NCBI RefSeq assembly: GCF_009914755.1
Contig: NC_060927.1
Origin: the human T2T-CHM13v2.0 reference genome, Homo sapiens
Reading direction: 5' to 3' (one strand)
Length of the DNA: 64,000 nt
A model generated the notes under the pieces. That model had not been told where the DNA came from. It made no database searches and saw only the letters and a list, made by a program, of their open reading frames with translations. Within the stretch, counting starts at the first letter, position 1, and every line of letters starts with the position of its first letter. This document shows positions 21,001 to 34,282 of this stretch, piece by piece. Made by a program: the position numbers and the translations under genes.

Positions 21001-21786
21001 GACCAGTGCCCTATCCTGATGTGACTGAATTGGTATCCTAGATGCAAGACAAAGTCCTCTCCACTCTTTTCTCTCCTGTCCTTAATCAGAAAGAAGGGGT
21101 CTCTATTGGAGCCATGAGCTGTGCAGCCTGGGGTTATGGGAGAGGTGATACCAGCAGTCCCTTGGCTGACCCAGCTGGTGTCTCAATATGTTGTTTGCCC
21201 CCGACTCTGCCCCACCCAGTCCACTATCTCTGGGCCTAGTTCAGCACTAGGACTCACCTAAGAGTTGTAGTCCTTATGCCCTACACTGTCTTTCAAATTT
21301 ATTTGGAGACACAGAGAGCTGTAGCCCTTGGTGGTGATGTTTCCACATACTCAAGTTCAGACTGCTGGGATTGGCAGTTCCCCTCTGGCTAGGGATGGTT
21401 GAAATTCTCTCTCTGTGGATGGACATCAGCTGAGTTTGGTTTAGTTTACCTTTCTGCTCTAACAGGACAGCACTGATTTCAGTGCCTCACAATTGCTGTT
21501 TTCTCCCTCCCTCCCTCCCTGAGCACCCAGATACTCTACACACCACATCACCACTACCAAAAGGAGGGGTGGCATCAGTGATTCAGAACTGTTTTTTCTA
21601 TCTCCTTAGTGCCTCTTCTAATGATATGAAGTTAAAACCAGGTGTTATGAGTGCTCACCTGATTCTTGGTTCTTATGAAGGTGGGTTTTTTTTTCTGTGT
21701 AGATATTTGTTAGCTTGGTGTCCTTGCTGGGGTCAAGGGGAGATGATTGGTGGAGTTTTCTATTCTGCCATCTTGCTATGCCTCCT

Positions 21787-24700
21787 ATCTTTGCCCGTTA
21801 TTGAATTGAGTAGTTTATTTTGTTATTGTTGAGTTTTAGGAGTTCTTTATATATTCCAGATAATAATAGTCCCTTACCAGATATATGATTAGCAAATATT
21901 TTCTTCCATTCTATGTGTGGCCTTTTTACTCTGTTGATAGTGTCATTTGAGGTACACAGTTTTTAAATGTTTATGAAGTCCAGTTGTCTATTTTTTCATT
22001 TCTTGTTTGTGCCTTTGATATCATATTTTAGAAATTGTTACCAAATGTAATGTCATTAACTTTTGCCCTTTGTAGCTTCTAAGAGATAATCAAGTTTTAC
22101 CTGCACCATCAAGTTTTACCTGCACAATTTAGTGAAGAAACTATTCTTTCTTAACTCAATGGGCTCAGTATCCTTGTCAAAATTGATTTGACCATATGTG
22201 AGAGTGTTTGTTTATGGGATCTAGATTCTACTCCAATAGTCTATATGTCACTCCTTATAACAGTACCAAAATGTCTTATTACAGCTGTGTAGTAAGTTTT
22301 GAAATCAGAAATTGTAAATCTTCCAACTTTATTCTTCTCTTTCAAAATTATTTTGGCTATTAGATTTGGCCATGAGATTCCAGATGAAGTTAAGGATGTG
22401 TTGTTCTATATCTGCAAAAAAAAAAAAATGGATTTTCATAGAGGTTGCATTGAATCCATAGATCACTTTGGTTTATATTGACATCTTAACAATATTAAGT
22501 CCTCTAATCCATGAACATGGGATATGTTTTCCTTTGTTTATATGTTCTTTAATTTTTTCAGTAATGTTTTATAGATATCATTATACAAGTGTTTCACTTC
22601 CTTGGTTAAATTAATTCTTAAGTATTTTATTCTTTTTCATGCTATTGTAAATGAAATTTTTTATAATTTCCTTTGCCGATTGTTTATATAAAGAAATGCA
22701 ACTGACTTTTATGTGTTGACTTTATATTCTACTGCTTTACTAAATGTATTTATTAGCTCTAACAGTTTTTTGTGGAATCTTTGTTTTTATATATGGCTTT
22801 TATTATATTGAGATAATTTCTTTCTATTTCTAATTTGTTGAGTGTTTTTATTATAAAAGGGTGGTGAGTTTCATCAAATGCTTTTTCTGCTCAATTGAGA
22901 TGATCAGGTGGGTTTTTCCCCTCTTTTTTTGAGTCTCTATCTGAGTCTGCTTGGTATATTTATTTTATTAATTTGTAACCTTAATATATTGCAATGATTA
23001 ATTTTCACATGTTAAATCATCCTTATATTCCAGAAATATATTCCACTTGGTTATAGTCTATAATTCCATTAATATGCTACTGAATTCTATTTAATAGTAT
23101 TCTATTGAGTATTTTGCATCACTGTTCATGAGGAATATTAATATAGTCAATATAGTTTATAGTTGTAGTGTCTTTCTCTAGCTTGGTAACAGGGTAATGC
23201 TGGCCTTATAGATTGAGTTAGAAGTATTGGTCCTCTTCAATTTTTGAAAAAGTTTACAAGGACTGATATTATTCTTCTTTAAAGATTTGGCAGAATACAC
23301 GAGTGAAGCCAACAGGTTCAGGGCTTTTTTTCTTTCTTTTTTTTTAATCAGAAGATTTTTTTTGTTACTGATTAAATCTTTTTACTAGTTATAAGTCTAT
23401 TCACGGTTTGTATTTCTTTGTGACTTGGTCATGGCAAGTTTTGTGTTTCAGGAATTATTTTTTCATCTAGATTATGCAATTTGTTGGCATACAAATGTTC
23501 ATAATACTATCTTAAAATTCTTTTTATTTCCGTAGAATCAGCAATAATGTCTCCATCTTCACTTCTGATTTTAGTAATTTGACTCTTCTCTCTCTGTTTC
23601 TTCTTACATGTAACTAAAGTTTTATCAATTTTGTTGATTTTCTGAAGACCCAACTTTTGATTTCATTGATTTTCTCTGTGGTTTTTCTATTCTCTAATTT
23701 TTAATCTCTGCTCTAATGTTTATGTTTTCTGTTACTTGCTTTGGGTTCTTTTTTTCTTTTTCTGCTTTCTTGAGTTGTAAAGTTAGGTTGTTGCCTTGAG
23801 ATTTTTCTTATTTTTTATTATAAGTATTTATAGCTACAAATTTCCCTCTTTGCACTGCTTTCACTGTATCTTATATGTTTTTGGTATGTTGTATTTTTGT
23901 TTTCATTTATCTCTAATTATTTTCTAATTTTCATCCTGATTTCTGCCTTGATCCATTGGTTAAGAGAGTGTTGTTTAATTTCCACAAGTTTGTTAATTTC
24001 TCAATTGTACTTCTGTTATTGATTTCTAACTTCATTCCACTGTGCTCATAGAAGACACTTTGTATGGCATCTATCTTTTTAAGTCTATCAAGACTTCAAT
24101 TATGGTCTTACATATGGCCTATCCTGGAGGATGTCTCATGTGCACTTGAAAAGAATGCGTATACTTTTGTTGATGTATAGAGTGTTATATATCACTGTTA
24201 GATCTAGTTGGTTTATTGTATTAAGTCCTCTTTTCTCTTACTTCTGTCTGGTTGGTCTATCTATTTTTCAGTGTGGAATATTGAATTGTACAACTATTAT
24301 AGAACTGTATATTTCTATTTTCTCTCATTTTTTGCTTCATATATTTTGATGGTCTCTCATTAGAGGCTTAAATATTTATAATTGTTGTATCTTCTTAATA
24401 TGTTCAGCTTTTTAGGAAATATAATGTCCTTCTTAGTCTCTTTTAACTTTATAAATTTAAAGACCATTTTGTCTGATATTGATATGGCTACCCCACTCTG
24501 TTTTGGATACCATTTGCATGGAATCTCTTTCTCCATCCTTTCACTTTCAATTTATTTGTGACTCTGTATCAAAAGTGAGTCTGTTATAAACCATGTATGG
24601 TTAGACTATGTGTTTTTATCCTTTCAGTCAATCTCTATCTTTTGAGTAGAGGCTTTAATTCACTTACATTTAAAGTAATTGCTGATAAAGAGGGATTTCT

Positions 24701-25526
24701 GTTATTTTATGATTTCTCTTCTATAGGCCTTATAGCTTTTTTGTACTCCATTTTTTTATTACTGTTTGTGTGTGGTCTTGTGTGTGTTTAGCTGACTGTT
24801 AAATGGGATGTTTAGATTCCTTTCTCATTTCCTATTGGTATATTTTATAGCTAATTTTATGGTTACCATTTGGCTTACATTTAATATCCTAAAGTTATAA
24901 CACTAAGATTTGAATTGATACCAGCTTAACTTCAATAGCATACAGAAATTCTGATACTTTACAGCTTCTTTCTCACTTCTTTCAGTTGTTTATGTTCTAA
25001 AATTACATCTTTATACCATATGTACCCCACAACATGAACTAATAATTCCTTTAAATATATTTATCTCTTAAATTATGTAGAACCCAAAAGGTGTGGTTAC
25101 AAACCATTGTTCCAATAACACTAGCTTGTACAATTGCCCTTGTATTTGTCTTTATTGAGATCTTTATTCCTTCATATGGCTTTGAGTTACTACCTAATAT
25201 CCTTTTATTTCACCCTGCAGGACTCCTTTGCACATTTCTTACAGGGCGGATCTGGTGGTAACAATCTCCCTTAGCTTTGTTTATCTGGTAATATTTTAAT
25301 TTATTCCTTACTTTTGAAGGACACTTTTGCCAGATATAGGACTCTTGGTTGAAATTTTTTTTCCTCTTAGCATTTTAAATATATTGATTCCTGCCTTCTA
25401 CTTTCCATCCAAAGTTTTCATAATCAGCATCAAGGATATGCTGATTATCTTATTAAGGATGCCTTGTATATGATGAGTCACTTCTCTATTGCTGCTTTCA
25501 AGGTTCTCTCTTTGTCTTCGACTCTT

Positions 25527-25559
<33 letters not shown>

Positions 25560-27216
25560 AGGTTCTCACTTTGTCACCCAGAATAGAATGTAGTGGCCTG
25601 ATTGATCATGGCTTCTAGCAGCCTTAACATCCTGGACTCAAATAGATCCTCTTGCCTCAGCTTCCTGATTAGCTGGGACTGTAGGCATTTGCCACCACAC
25701 TTGGCTAATTTTTTTGCTTTTCCTTTTTTTTTTTTTTTTTTTTTTGTAGAGACCAGGTCTTCCTATGTTGCCCAGGATGGTCTCAAACTCCGGAACTCAA
25801 GCAGTCTTCCTGCCTTGGCCTCCCAAAGTGCTGGAGTTATAGGCATGAGCCATCTTTGACTTTTGAAAGCTTTGTAACAATGTCTCAATGTGAGTCTTTT
25901 TGAGTTTATCTTCCTTGGAATTCATTGAGCTTCTTGGTTGTTTATATTCATGTGTTTCATCAAATTTGAGAAGTTTTCAGTCATTATTTATTCAAATATT
26001 TTCTCTGCCCCTTTCTGTCTCTCTTCCTTTTTTTTCTGAAATTTCCACAATATTGACTTTTTACTTAATGGGGATGCATATGTCACTTAGCCTCTGTTCA
26101 CCATTTTGAATTTTTTTCTTTCTGTTTTTCAGACTTGATAATATTCACTTTTTAATCTACAAGTTTGCTAATTCTTCTGTCTGCTCAAATCTGCCTTTGA
26201 ATTCTTCTAGTGAATGTTTCATTTCGGTTATTATACTTTTAAGCTCCAGAGTTTCTTTCTGGTTTCTTTTTAGGTTTTCTATCTCTTTACTGATATTTAT
26301 ATTTTGTTCATACATCCTTTACTTGACTTTCTCCCCATCTTTCTTTAGTTCTTTAAGCATCATTAAGACAGTTGTTTTAAAGTATTTATCTAGTAGGTCT
26401 ACCCTCAGGACTTTTTCAGGGATAATTTCTGTTGCTATTTTTTTCTTTCAATGGGCCATCCTTCCCTGTCTCTTTGTGTACATTATGATTTTTTTTGTTT
26501 AAAAGGGAACTTTTTAATTTAATAATGTAATAACTCTGGAAATCATATTTGCTCCATTTTCTAGGGTTTATTTTGTTGCTGTTATTGCTTTAGGTTTTAT
26601 TTATTAATTTGCTTTATAGTTGTAATCTGTCTCTGTGCCAAGGACTGGTCTGGGGTGTAATCTTAAGGTCTTCTTAAGCCTTTTCTGAGCTTTTCTCTGG
26701 ATATGTGTGGTCATTTTCTAATTTTCCCTGTATATGCAGTTGTCTTCTTAATGTCTAATTCTTTAATGTCTGGCTCTCGAAAGAAGAAAAAGAGAAAAAT
26801 GAAGGAGTTAATGGAGTGGCAGTGGAGCTTTAAATCCCTTGGAAGTCACTTCAGACAGAGGGTGTAGGGCTTGCGGGAATGAGGGTAAGTGCAACAACAA
26901 TGGCTGCCCAGTTCTTTGTTTGCACTTCTGTGATCAGAAGCAGTCATCAATGATCAGGACACAAATCCCTGATTTTTTAAGGATAGAGGGGGGTTTTGTT
27001 GGTCCACCCTGTCTCCTGAAAGCTGTATGCAAACTGTTCCAGGAACATGTGCACAGCTGCCTGGCAGGGGATTGGGAGTGGGGCATAGGTAGCTACTACT
27101 GAGCTAAGAGCTAAAATTGACCAAAATTAGCTGCAATTTACCATCTAAGCCTTCCCCTGAAAGTTGTATGTCTTCAATAAACTCCAGAGTTCCACAGTAG
27201 TTCTTTCAAATTCTGT
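21787..27216 (-). mobile_element. Old L1M (L1MB/MC-class) element, degenerate with internal deletions
   Basis: T-rich antisense ORF2 homology from 21800 to 24700, then inter-ORF, ORF1 and 5' region ending near ccatctcagaatcctcc. Confidence 0.7.
25527..25852 (-). mobile_element. AluJ
   Basis: Poly(T), diverged dimeric Alu with a long middle T tract. Degenerate TSD tcttcgactctt (25515-25526) / tctttgactttt (25853-25864). Confidence 0.85.
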
Positions 27217-27855
27217 CAGTGCAATTGTTATCTAGAGTGTTCTGGTGCTTCCTATTCCATCTCAGAATCCTCCTGTTTGGCTTTTTTTTTTTAATGGTTT
27301 CTATCCCTTTGTTGAACATCTCTTTTTTCAGGTATTGTTTTCCTGATTTTGTTTAGTTTTTTCTTTCTTCTTTGTTCTTCTTAGGTCACTGAAATTCTAA
27401 AGATGATTATTTTGAATTCTTTGTCAGACATTTCTTAAAGGTCTCTTTCTTTGGGGTTGGCCACTGGAGGTTTATTTTGTTCCTGTGGTGGTGTCGTGGT
27501 TCTTTGATTTTTTCTTTGATTTTTTTTTCATGTTCCTTGAAGTCTGCAGTCACTTCCTCCAGTCCTTACTCACTGGCTTCAGAAAAGCCTTTCACCAGGC
27601 AATTCACTAGAGATTCTGGCTTGTAGGTTTTCTGCTGAGAAATCCACTTTAGTCTGATGGGCTTCCTTTTGTAGGTGACCTATCCTTTCTCTCCAGCTGC
27701 CTTTAAAATAGTTTCATTCATTTTGATGTTGGGGAATCTGATGGTTATGTGTCTTGGGGATGGTCTTCTTGTGGTCTTCTTTGCTGGGTTTCTCTGCATT
27801 TACTGAATGTGAATGTTAGCCTCTCTAGCTAGGTTGGGTAAGTTCTTATAGATGA

Positions 27856-28518
<663 letters not shown>

Positions 28519-30989
28519 GATGATATCATAAATGTGTTTTCTATGTTGCTTCCATTCTCTCCATCAGTTTCAGAAATGCCAATGAGTCATAGATTCAGTC
28601 TCTTTGCATAATTTCATATTTCTCAGAGGTTTTGTTCATTCATTTTCATGCTTTTTTCTTTATTATTTTCTGACTCTATTATTTCAGAAAGCCAGACTTC
28701 AAGCTCTGAAATTCTTTCCTCAGCTTAGTCTATTCTGTTGTTAATACTTGTGATTGCATTATGAAATTCTTGTAGAGTGTTTTTTAGCTCTATCAGCTCA
28801 GTTACATTCTTTCCTGCACTGGCTGTTTTGTCTGTCCGCTCCTGTATTATTTTATTGTGATTCTTAGCTTTTTTAGGTTGGGTTTCAACATTCTTCTGAA
28901 TCTTGATGATCTTCATTCCTATCCATATTCTGAATTCTATTTCTGTCATTTCAGCCATCTCAGCCCAGTTAAGAACTCTTGCTGGAGAACTAATGTGGTA
29001 ATTTGGAGGAAAGAAGACACTGGCTTTTTGAGTGGTCGGAGTTCTTGCAGTAGTTCTTTCTCATCTTTATGGGCTGATGTTCTTGCAGTCTTTGAAGTTG
29101 TTGTCCTTTGGATGAGTATTTTTTTCTTTTATTCTATTTGATGACCTTGGGGGTTTGATTGTGGTATAATATGGGCCCAGCTAACTACTTTCTTCATTAT
29201 GGCAAGATTTTTGGGGACCAAGGCTCAGCTTAGGACACCTGGACTGCAAGCTTTAACTCTTGAGGACTCCTTTCAGGCCTTGCCTTTGATCTCCAGCTCC
29301 TTGAGTTTAGGAATCTACTGCACTAGAGGGGCCAGAGTGTCCTGGCCACTGGTCACAGCATTCCAATGGGTAATGCCAACCATGGAGACAAAGCACTTCG
29401 TAGGGTGGTGGCAGCAGATTCTGTTCTTATTTGCACATGCTAGCAGCAGCAGCAGTGCAGCAGTGTAGACTCTCATTGGCTGCAGCAGGGTGCTGGTAGG
29501 TACCAGAGTGCCAGCCTTTGAGCAGGCATTCACAGCAGTAGTAGTGGCAGTATGTCTGGGGCGTGGGGGGCAGTGTGGACCAGGGGCCCCTGTAGGCAAC
29601 TGTGCATGCATTCATGCTAGTGGTGGTGTTATCATGGGAGCACCGGTGGGTGCTGTGTGTGCCCTCTGTGCATATTCATGCTGGTAGTGGTGGCCGCCCA
29701 GTGCCAAGGCCAGGGCCACTATTTTCTGTGCCTAATTTTGCACCAGTGGCAGTGTTGCTGCACAGGTGGGGCACAGGCAGGGCAGGGCCAGTGGGCTCCT
29801 TGACTGCCAATGCTTCAACAACAATGGTGGTACCGCTGGGAGAAGTGGGACAAGGTGCACTCCACTGGCAGTAGTGTCATGACAGGGTGCTCATGCATAT
29901 TTACGCTGGCAGGGAAGGGAAGGCTATGTCTACCTGCACACACATGTGCTGGCAAAGCAATGTGGAGGTGGCTACGGGTGAGTGCCTGTGGGCAAAGCAG
30001 CATGGAGGCTGCTGTTGGGGGAGGACTCAGTGTGGTGCAGGCAGGGGCACTCTGCTGGAGCACTCTGCCAGTCAGGCACAGTCCACCAGCACAGGAGCTA
30101 TGATAAGGACCCCCAGGAGGTACCTAGGGGCTGCACTACAGACAGGCTTAGCCAGGCTGGGGGCCTGGGAGAGGCCAGAAGACTGAGGGGTGCTTAGGTC
30201 AGACTGGCTCTGTCTCATGGGCAAGACCACCCTATAGAGTTCAGGCCTCACAGTTTCCCTAGGGTTAAAGCTCTTATGGGAGCAAGTTGAGCCTAGGGTG
30301 ACGGGCATCACTGGTCTGCTCCATTACAGGTGCTCCCACACCAAACCCTCTGGGCGCTAGCTGGAGTTCTTTCCTTAATGCTTCTCTCTTCTCTAAGCAG
30401 CTTTCCCTGCCAATTCAGATGTCCATTGTGGCTAAGGGGTCTCCTCCTGCTGGGATTCCAGAGGCCCATGGCGATAGCAGGTTCCTTCTTGACTGCTCAA
30501 CTCACCCCTTTTGCAGGAGTCATTGGGGTCAGGGAACAAGTCGTGGTGTGTGGTAGCCCAATGCAGGTTTCCCAGCTTTCTTCTCCTTTAGCCCAGCCCC
30601 TGTGTCTTCCCTCCATCTGCTCTCAATGCCTTCCCTCTGAAGATCTGATAGGAGTGTGCCAGTCTCCCCAGTATCCTGGTCTCTTGGTGGGAGATGTTCC
30701 CCTGGCTGCATCTAGTCAGCCATCTTAGAGCAGGAATTCAATCTATGCTTCTATTTCTGTTGGAAAAAAATTAATTAGACTAATTGCAGAAGGATACTGA
30801 AAGAAAATATTAACTTTTTGTCTAAATGGAAGTGAGACTCTAAGGAAGTTAAAATTTTAAAAATTAAAGCTATTTTTAAAAGAATAAGTAAATTGGAGGT
30901 AGAAACTACAATACCCAGAGATCACTGCTAGAACATGACGTTGCTTAATATATCCAAGAGTAAAACTTGTTCTTAACCTTCTTAACCAA

Positions 30990-33265
30990 ATAATTTTATC
31001 TCAGTATATTAGGAACCTACAGCAAGTAGGTAACAATGTATCAGGTAGAAAATCTAGGGAAGAATTAATGAATCCAGTAAGAAAACAACAGGGACCCTTT
31101 GAGGCATGGAAGTTTGAGATGGGAGCATAGAAAAGGAAGCAAGGCACTCAGTTGGATTGGCTCACACCTAGGAGGGATGCTCCAATGCAGGAGAAACGGT
31201 AAGTGAGAGATTCCTAGCAGTCCACATTCCAACCACAAATGCCTGCAGTCCTAGCTATAAGAAAGCCCTTTGGCCCTCTTGGGCCCTGAGCCTAGTATAA
31301 GGAGCTTCCTGGAGTCCACAAGACTGCATTGTTTCAGGGAGGGAATTCGTGCTGGGACCTCTGGGACCCAAGCTGCTACAATATGATGCCATTTTGAGAG
31401 CAGAGTAAACACCAAACTACATCCCGCCCTGGTGCCCAATGACTCCTGCATCTCCAACATCCCTCCACATCCACCCAGAAGGCTGTAGTGTTGCTATGCC
31501 AGCTGACCCAGTGGTATAACTGCATTTCTGGCACCTGAGCCATGCAGCACCCTACATCCCAGGGAGCAGGTGATCTAGCACATCAGAGAGGCTGTATACT
31601 CACATGCCCCACCCAGGGGAGCAGGGATCAGCCTGCCTGCCCTACTATGGACACCACTAGTGCCTGTATATCACACCCAGAGGCCTAGGGATTGGGCCAT
31701 TTGGCTCACTACTGGCACCCATGCATGCCACCCAGTGGCCTGCAGACTGGTCCTACTGGCCTGATGACACCACCAGTCTCTGTGCACTCCACTCAGGCAC
31801 CAGAGGACCCACCTGCTATTGACACTGCCAGTGCCAATGCATGCATCCTACCCAGGGACTCAAGGAGCAGGCCACCTCACCTGCCAGCACCTGTGTGCTC
31901 CACCCAAGGGCCCAAAGACCAGCCTACTCAGGGCCCATACTACCACCACTGACACCTGCATGTGCCCCCCAGGGAACCAAGAACTGGCCTACTGCCATCA
32001 CTGCTGATGCTCACATACCCCACCAAGAGGCCTGAGGACCATCCCACTTGGCACCTCCATCCCCAGCAAATCCTTACCACAGCCTCCAAAAACAACTGCA
32101 GCCTATGCCACTAAGGAACTTGCAGACATCTCCAATACTGATTACAGCCAAAGTAATCACATGGAGACTACGCTATGGTGCCCATCCAGAACCAAAGCCA
32201 AAGCCATGTACCCAACTTACATTATAGATACATCAACAGGAAAAAATATTTCTCTATGGAAGCTACTTTATAAAATTGGGAAAAGTGACAGTTATACCAG
32301 CTGTGGAAATATCAATGTAAGGACATGTGAACACAAAAAATCAAGAAAACATGATACCTCCAAAGGAACACAATAATTCTCCAATAACAGACCCCAAAGG
32401 AAAAAAAAGATCTATGAAATGCCTGAAAAGGAATTTAAAATAACGATCTTAAGGAAATCTAGCAAGATACAAGAGTATACAGATAAATACAAAGAAATAA
32501 GAAAAACAATTCCTGAGCTGAATGAGAAATTCAACAAAGAGATAGATATCATAAAAAAGAACCAAACAAATCCTAGAGCTGAGGAATTCAGTGAATGGAA
32601 TAAAAAAATACAATTGAGTACTTTAACAGTAGACTAGGCCAAGCAGAAGAAAGAATTTCTGAACTTGAAGCCAGGTCTTTTGAAATAACCCAATCAGACA
32701 AAGGTGGTATGGGGGTGTTGTGGAGGGAGGAAAAGAGGGAGGGAGAAAGAAGAAAGAATGAGAAGGAATTAGGAAAGCCTAGGAGTTGTGGAAAACAAGC
32801 AAACAAATAATCAAATTTTAGAAGTTGCAGAAAGAGAAAAGAAGGAAAAAGGCATAGAAAAATACTGCATATTCTAACTTATAAGTGGGAGCTAAATAAT
32901 TTGTACACATGGACATAGAGTGCAGAATAATAGACATTGAAGACTCAGAAGGGTGGGAGGGTGGGAGGGTGGGAGGGGGAGTGAAAGAGGAGAAATTACT
33001 TACCAGGTACAGAGTACTTATTCAGATGTGATTCCACTAAAAGCCCAGACTTCATCACTATGCAATATATTCATGTAACAACAAAATTGCACTTGTACCC
33101 TTTAAATTTATACCAAAAAAAGAAAACTTAATGAAACAATAACTGAAAAGTTCCTAAGTCTTGGAACAGATATAAACATACAGATATGGAAAGTTCAATA
33201 ATCCCCAAATAGATTTAATTTTAAAATGTCCTCTCCAAGGCACATTATAGTCAGAATCCAAAAAG
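30990..33265 (+). mobile_element. 5'UTR/ORF1 fragment of an old L1M element
   Basis: C-rich, internally repetitive 5'UTR (31400-32100) leading into ORF1-like MPEKEFKITILRK (32419). ORF1 homology resumes after 33120. Confidence 0.7.
32862..33120 (+). mobile_element. Short 3'-end L1 (L1PB/L1MA-type) inserted into the L1M ORF1
   Basis: cttataagtgggagctaaat...cactatgcaatatattcatgtaac...cacttgtaccc followed by an A tail; flanked by agaaaa on both sides. Confidence 0.8.
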
Positions 33266-33359
33266 CCTGGATCTCAGTGTGCATTACATGTGCCTCTTAA
33301 ACCCTACTAAATATGTCTTCAAAATTTCCACTCCTTCTGAAATATTTTACCTGACCCTG

Positions 33360-33590
33360 TAGTCAAATGTTTAAGCATACAGACAGTAAGTGAGCAACTC
33401 TGGATTAGAATTCTGATTATTACGTATGTGATATGAGAAAATTTTCTTACTGATTTTTTCTGAGCTTTAGTTTCTTCATCTTCAAAATCAGGATAAGAGA
33501 AAAAAACACCTACATTGCAGGATTGTTGTGAAGGTTAAATGAGGTAATGTGTACAAAGTGCCCAGCATTTAAGTGTTTGATAAATGTTAA
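33360..33590 (+). mobile_element. MIR
   Basis: Core tctgagctttagtttcttcatcttcaaaat...ggattgttgtgaaggttaaatgaggtaatg. Confidence 0.7.
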
Positions 33591-34029
33591 CTCCCATTTT
33601 TTAACATGCCAGCCCATTTAAATGGTGAAAACTAATTTTCATCTTTGCACTATCTGCAAGGGAATCCAGGAAATGTACAATTACACCTTTTCAAACTCTA
33701 TAATACAGTAAGGCTATATTGTAGTGGATACCAAGTACTAGTTCTTCATGTTCAACATGGCCAATAAACATGATTTTTCTCTGTGGCACTCTATCTTCAT
33801 TTGTATGACCAAAGAAACACATTTTAAAATGTATTCTATGTATTGCTGAACTACGAGATGATGTTTCAAATATAATTTGTTAGCATTAAGAAAAATAAGA
33901 CATACTTTAATGCATTGCCAAGTTTTTAAGTTCTATCAAAACAGAGCCAAACTCACAAGGTCTAAATAAACAGTACTCTTATCTTGGACGTGAGTAGTTT
34001 TATACTCTGGAACAAGACCGACAATCGTA

Positions 34030-34235
34030 ATTAACTTTTGTTCTGAGTTTACTGTATGCCAGCACATATTCTAGCATTTGACATGTATTATCACAAAAAC
34101 TCCATTAGGTAGGTAATAATATTCCAAATTTACAGAAGAGGCAACTAATGCATGAAGATTTCAGTAATCTATACAGCTAGTAAGTGGCAGAACTGAGATT
34201 TGATTCCAGGCAGTCTAGCCTGGCCCCAGAACCAA
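34030..34235 (-). mobile_element. MIR
   Basis: Antisense core tttacagaagaggcaactaa...cagctagtaagtggcagaactgagatttga. Confidence 0.7.
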
Positions 34236-34282
34236 TGTTCTTATGTACCCTTCTTAACTGCACAGTAAGATGCTTCTGTTCT

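Larger units (their letters stand above)
15852..21786 (-). mobile_element. Originally full-length L1MA-class element with an internal ORF2 deletion
   Basis: T-rich tail and L1MA 3'UTR from 15852; ORF2 C-terminus to ~17870; EN domain from 18006; inter-ORF and ORF1 to ~19900; long 5'UTR ending ctgccatcttgct at ~21780. Confidence 0.82.

Noticed and set aside
29199-30728. GC-rich, ORF-dense block as a possible gene or CpG-island promoter
   Set aside because: It is CpG-depleted, continuous with L1 ORF1, and ends in an L1 5' terminus, so it is an L1PB/P4 5'UTR.
30700-31100. Divergent L1 5' ends as a bidirectional promoter
   Set aside because: Both 5'UTRs are old and CpG-depleted; nothing in the sequence supports activity.
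31400-32100. Degenerate C-rich repeats with Pro/Thr-rich ORFs
   Set aside because: This is the internally repetitive 5'UTR of an old L1M leading into ORF1.
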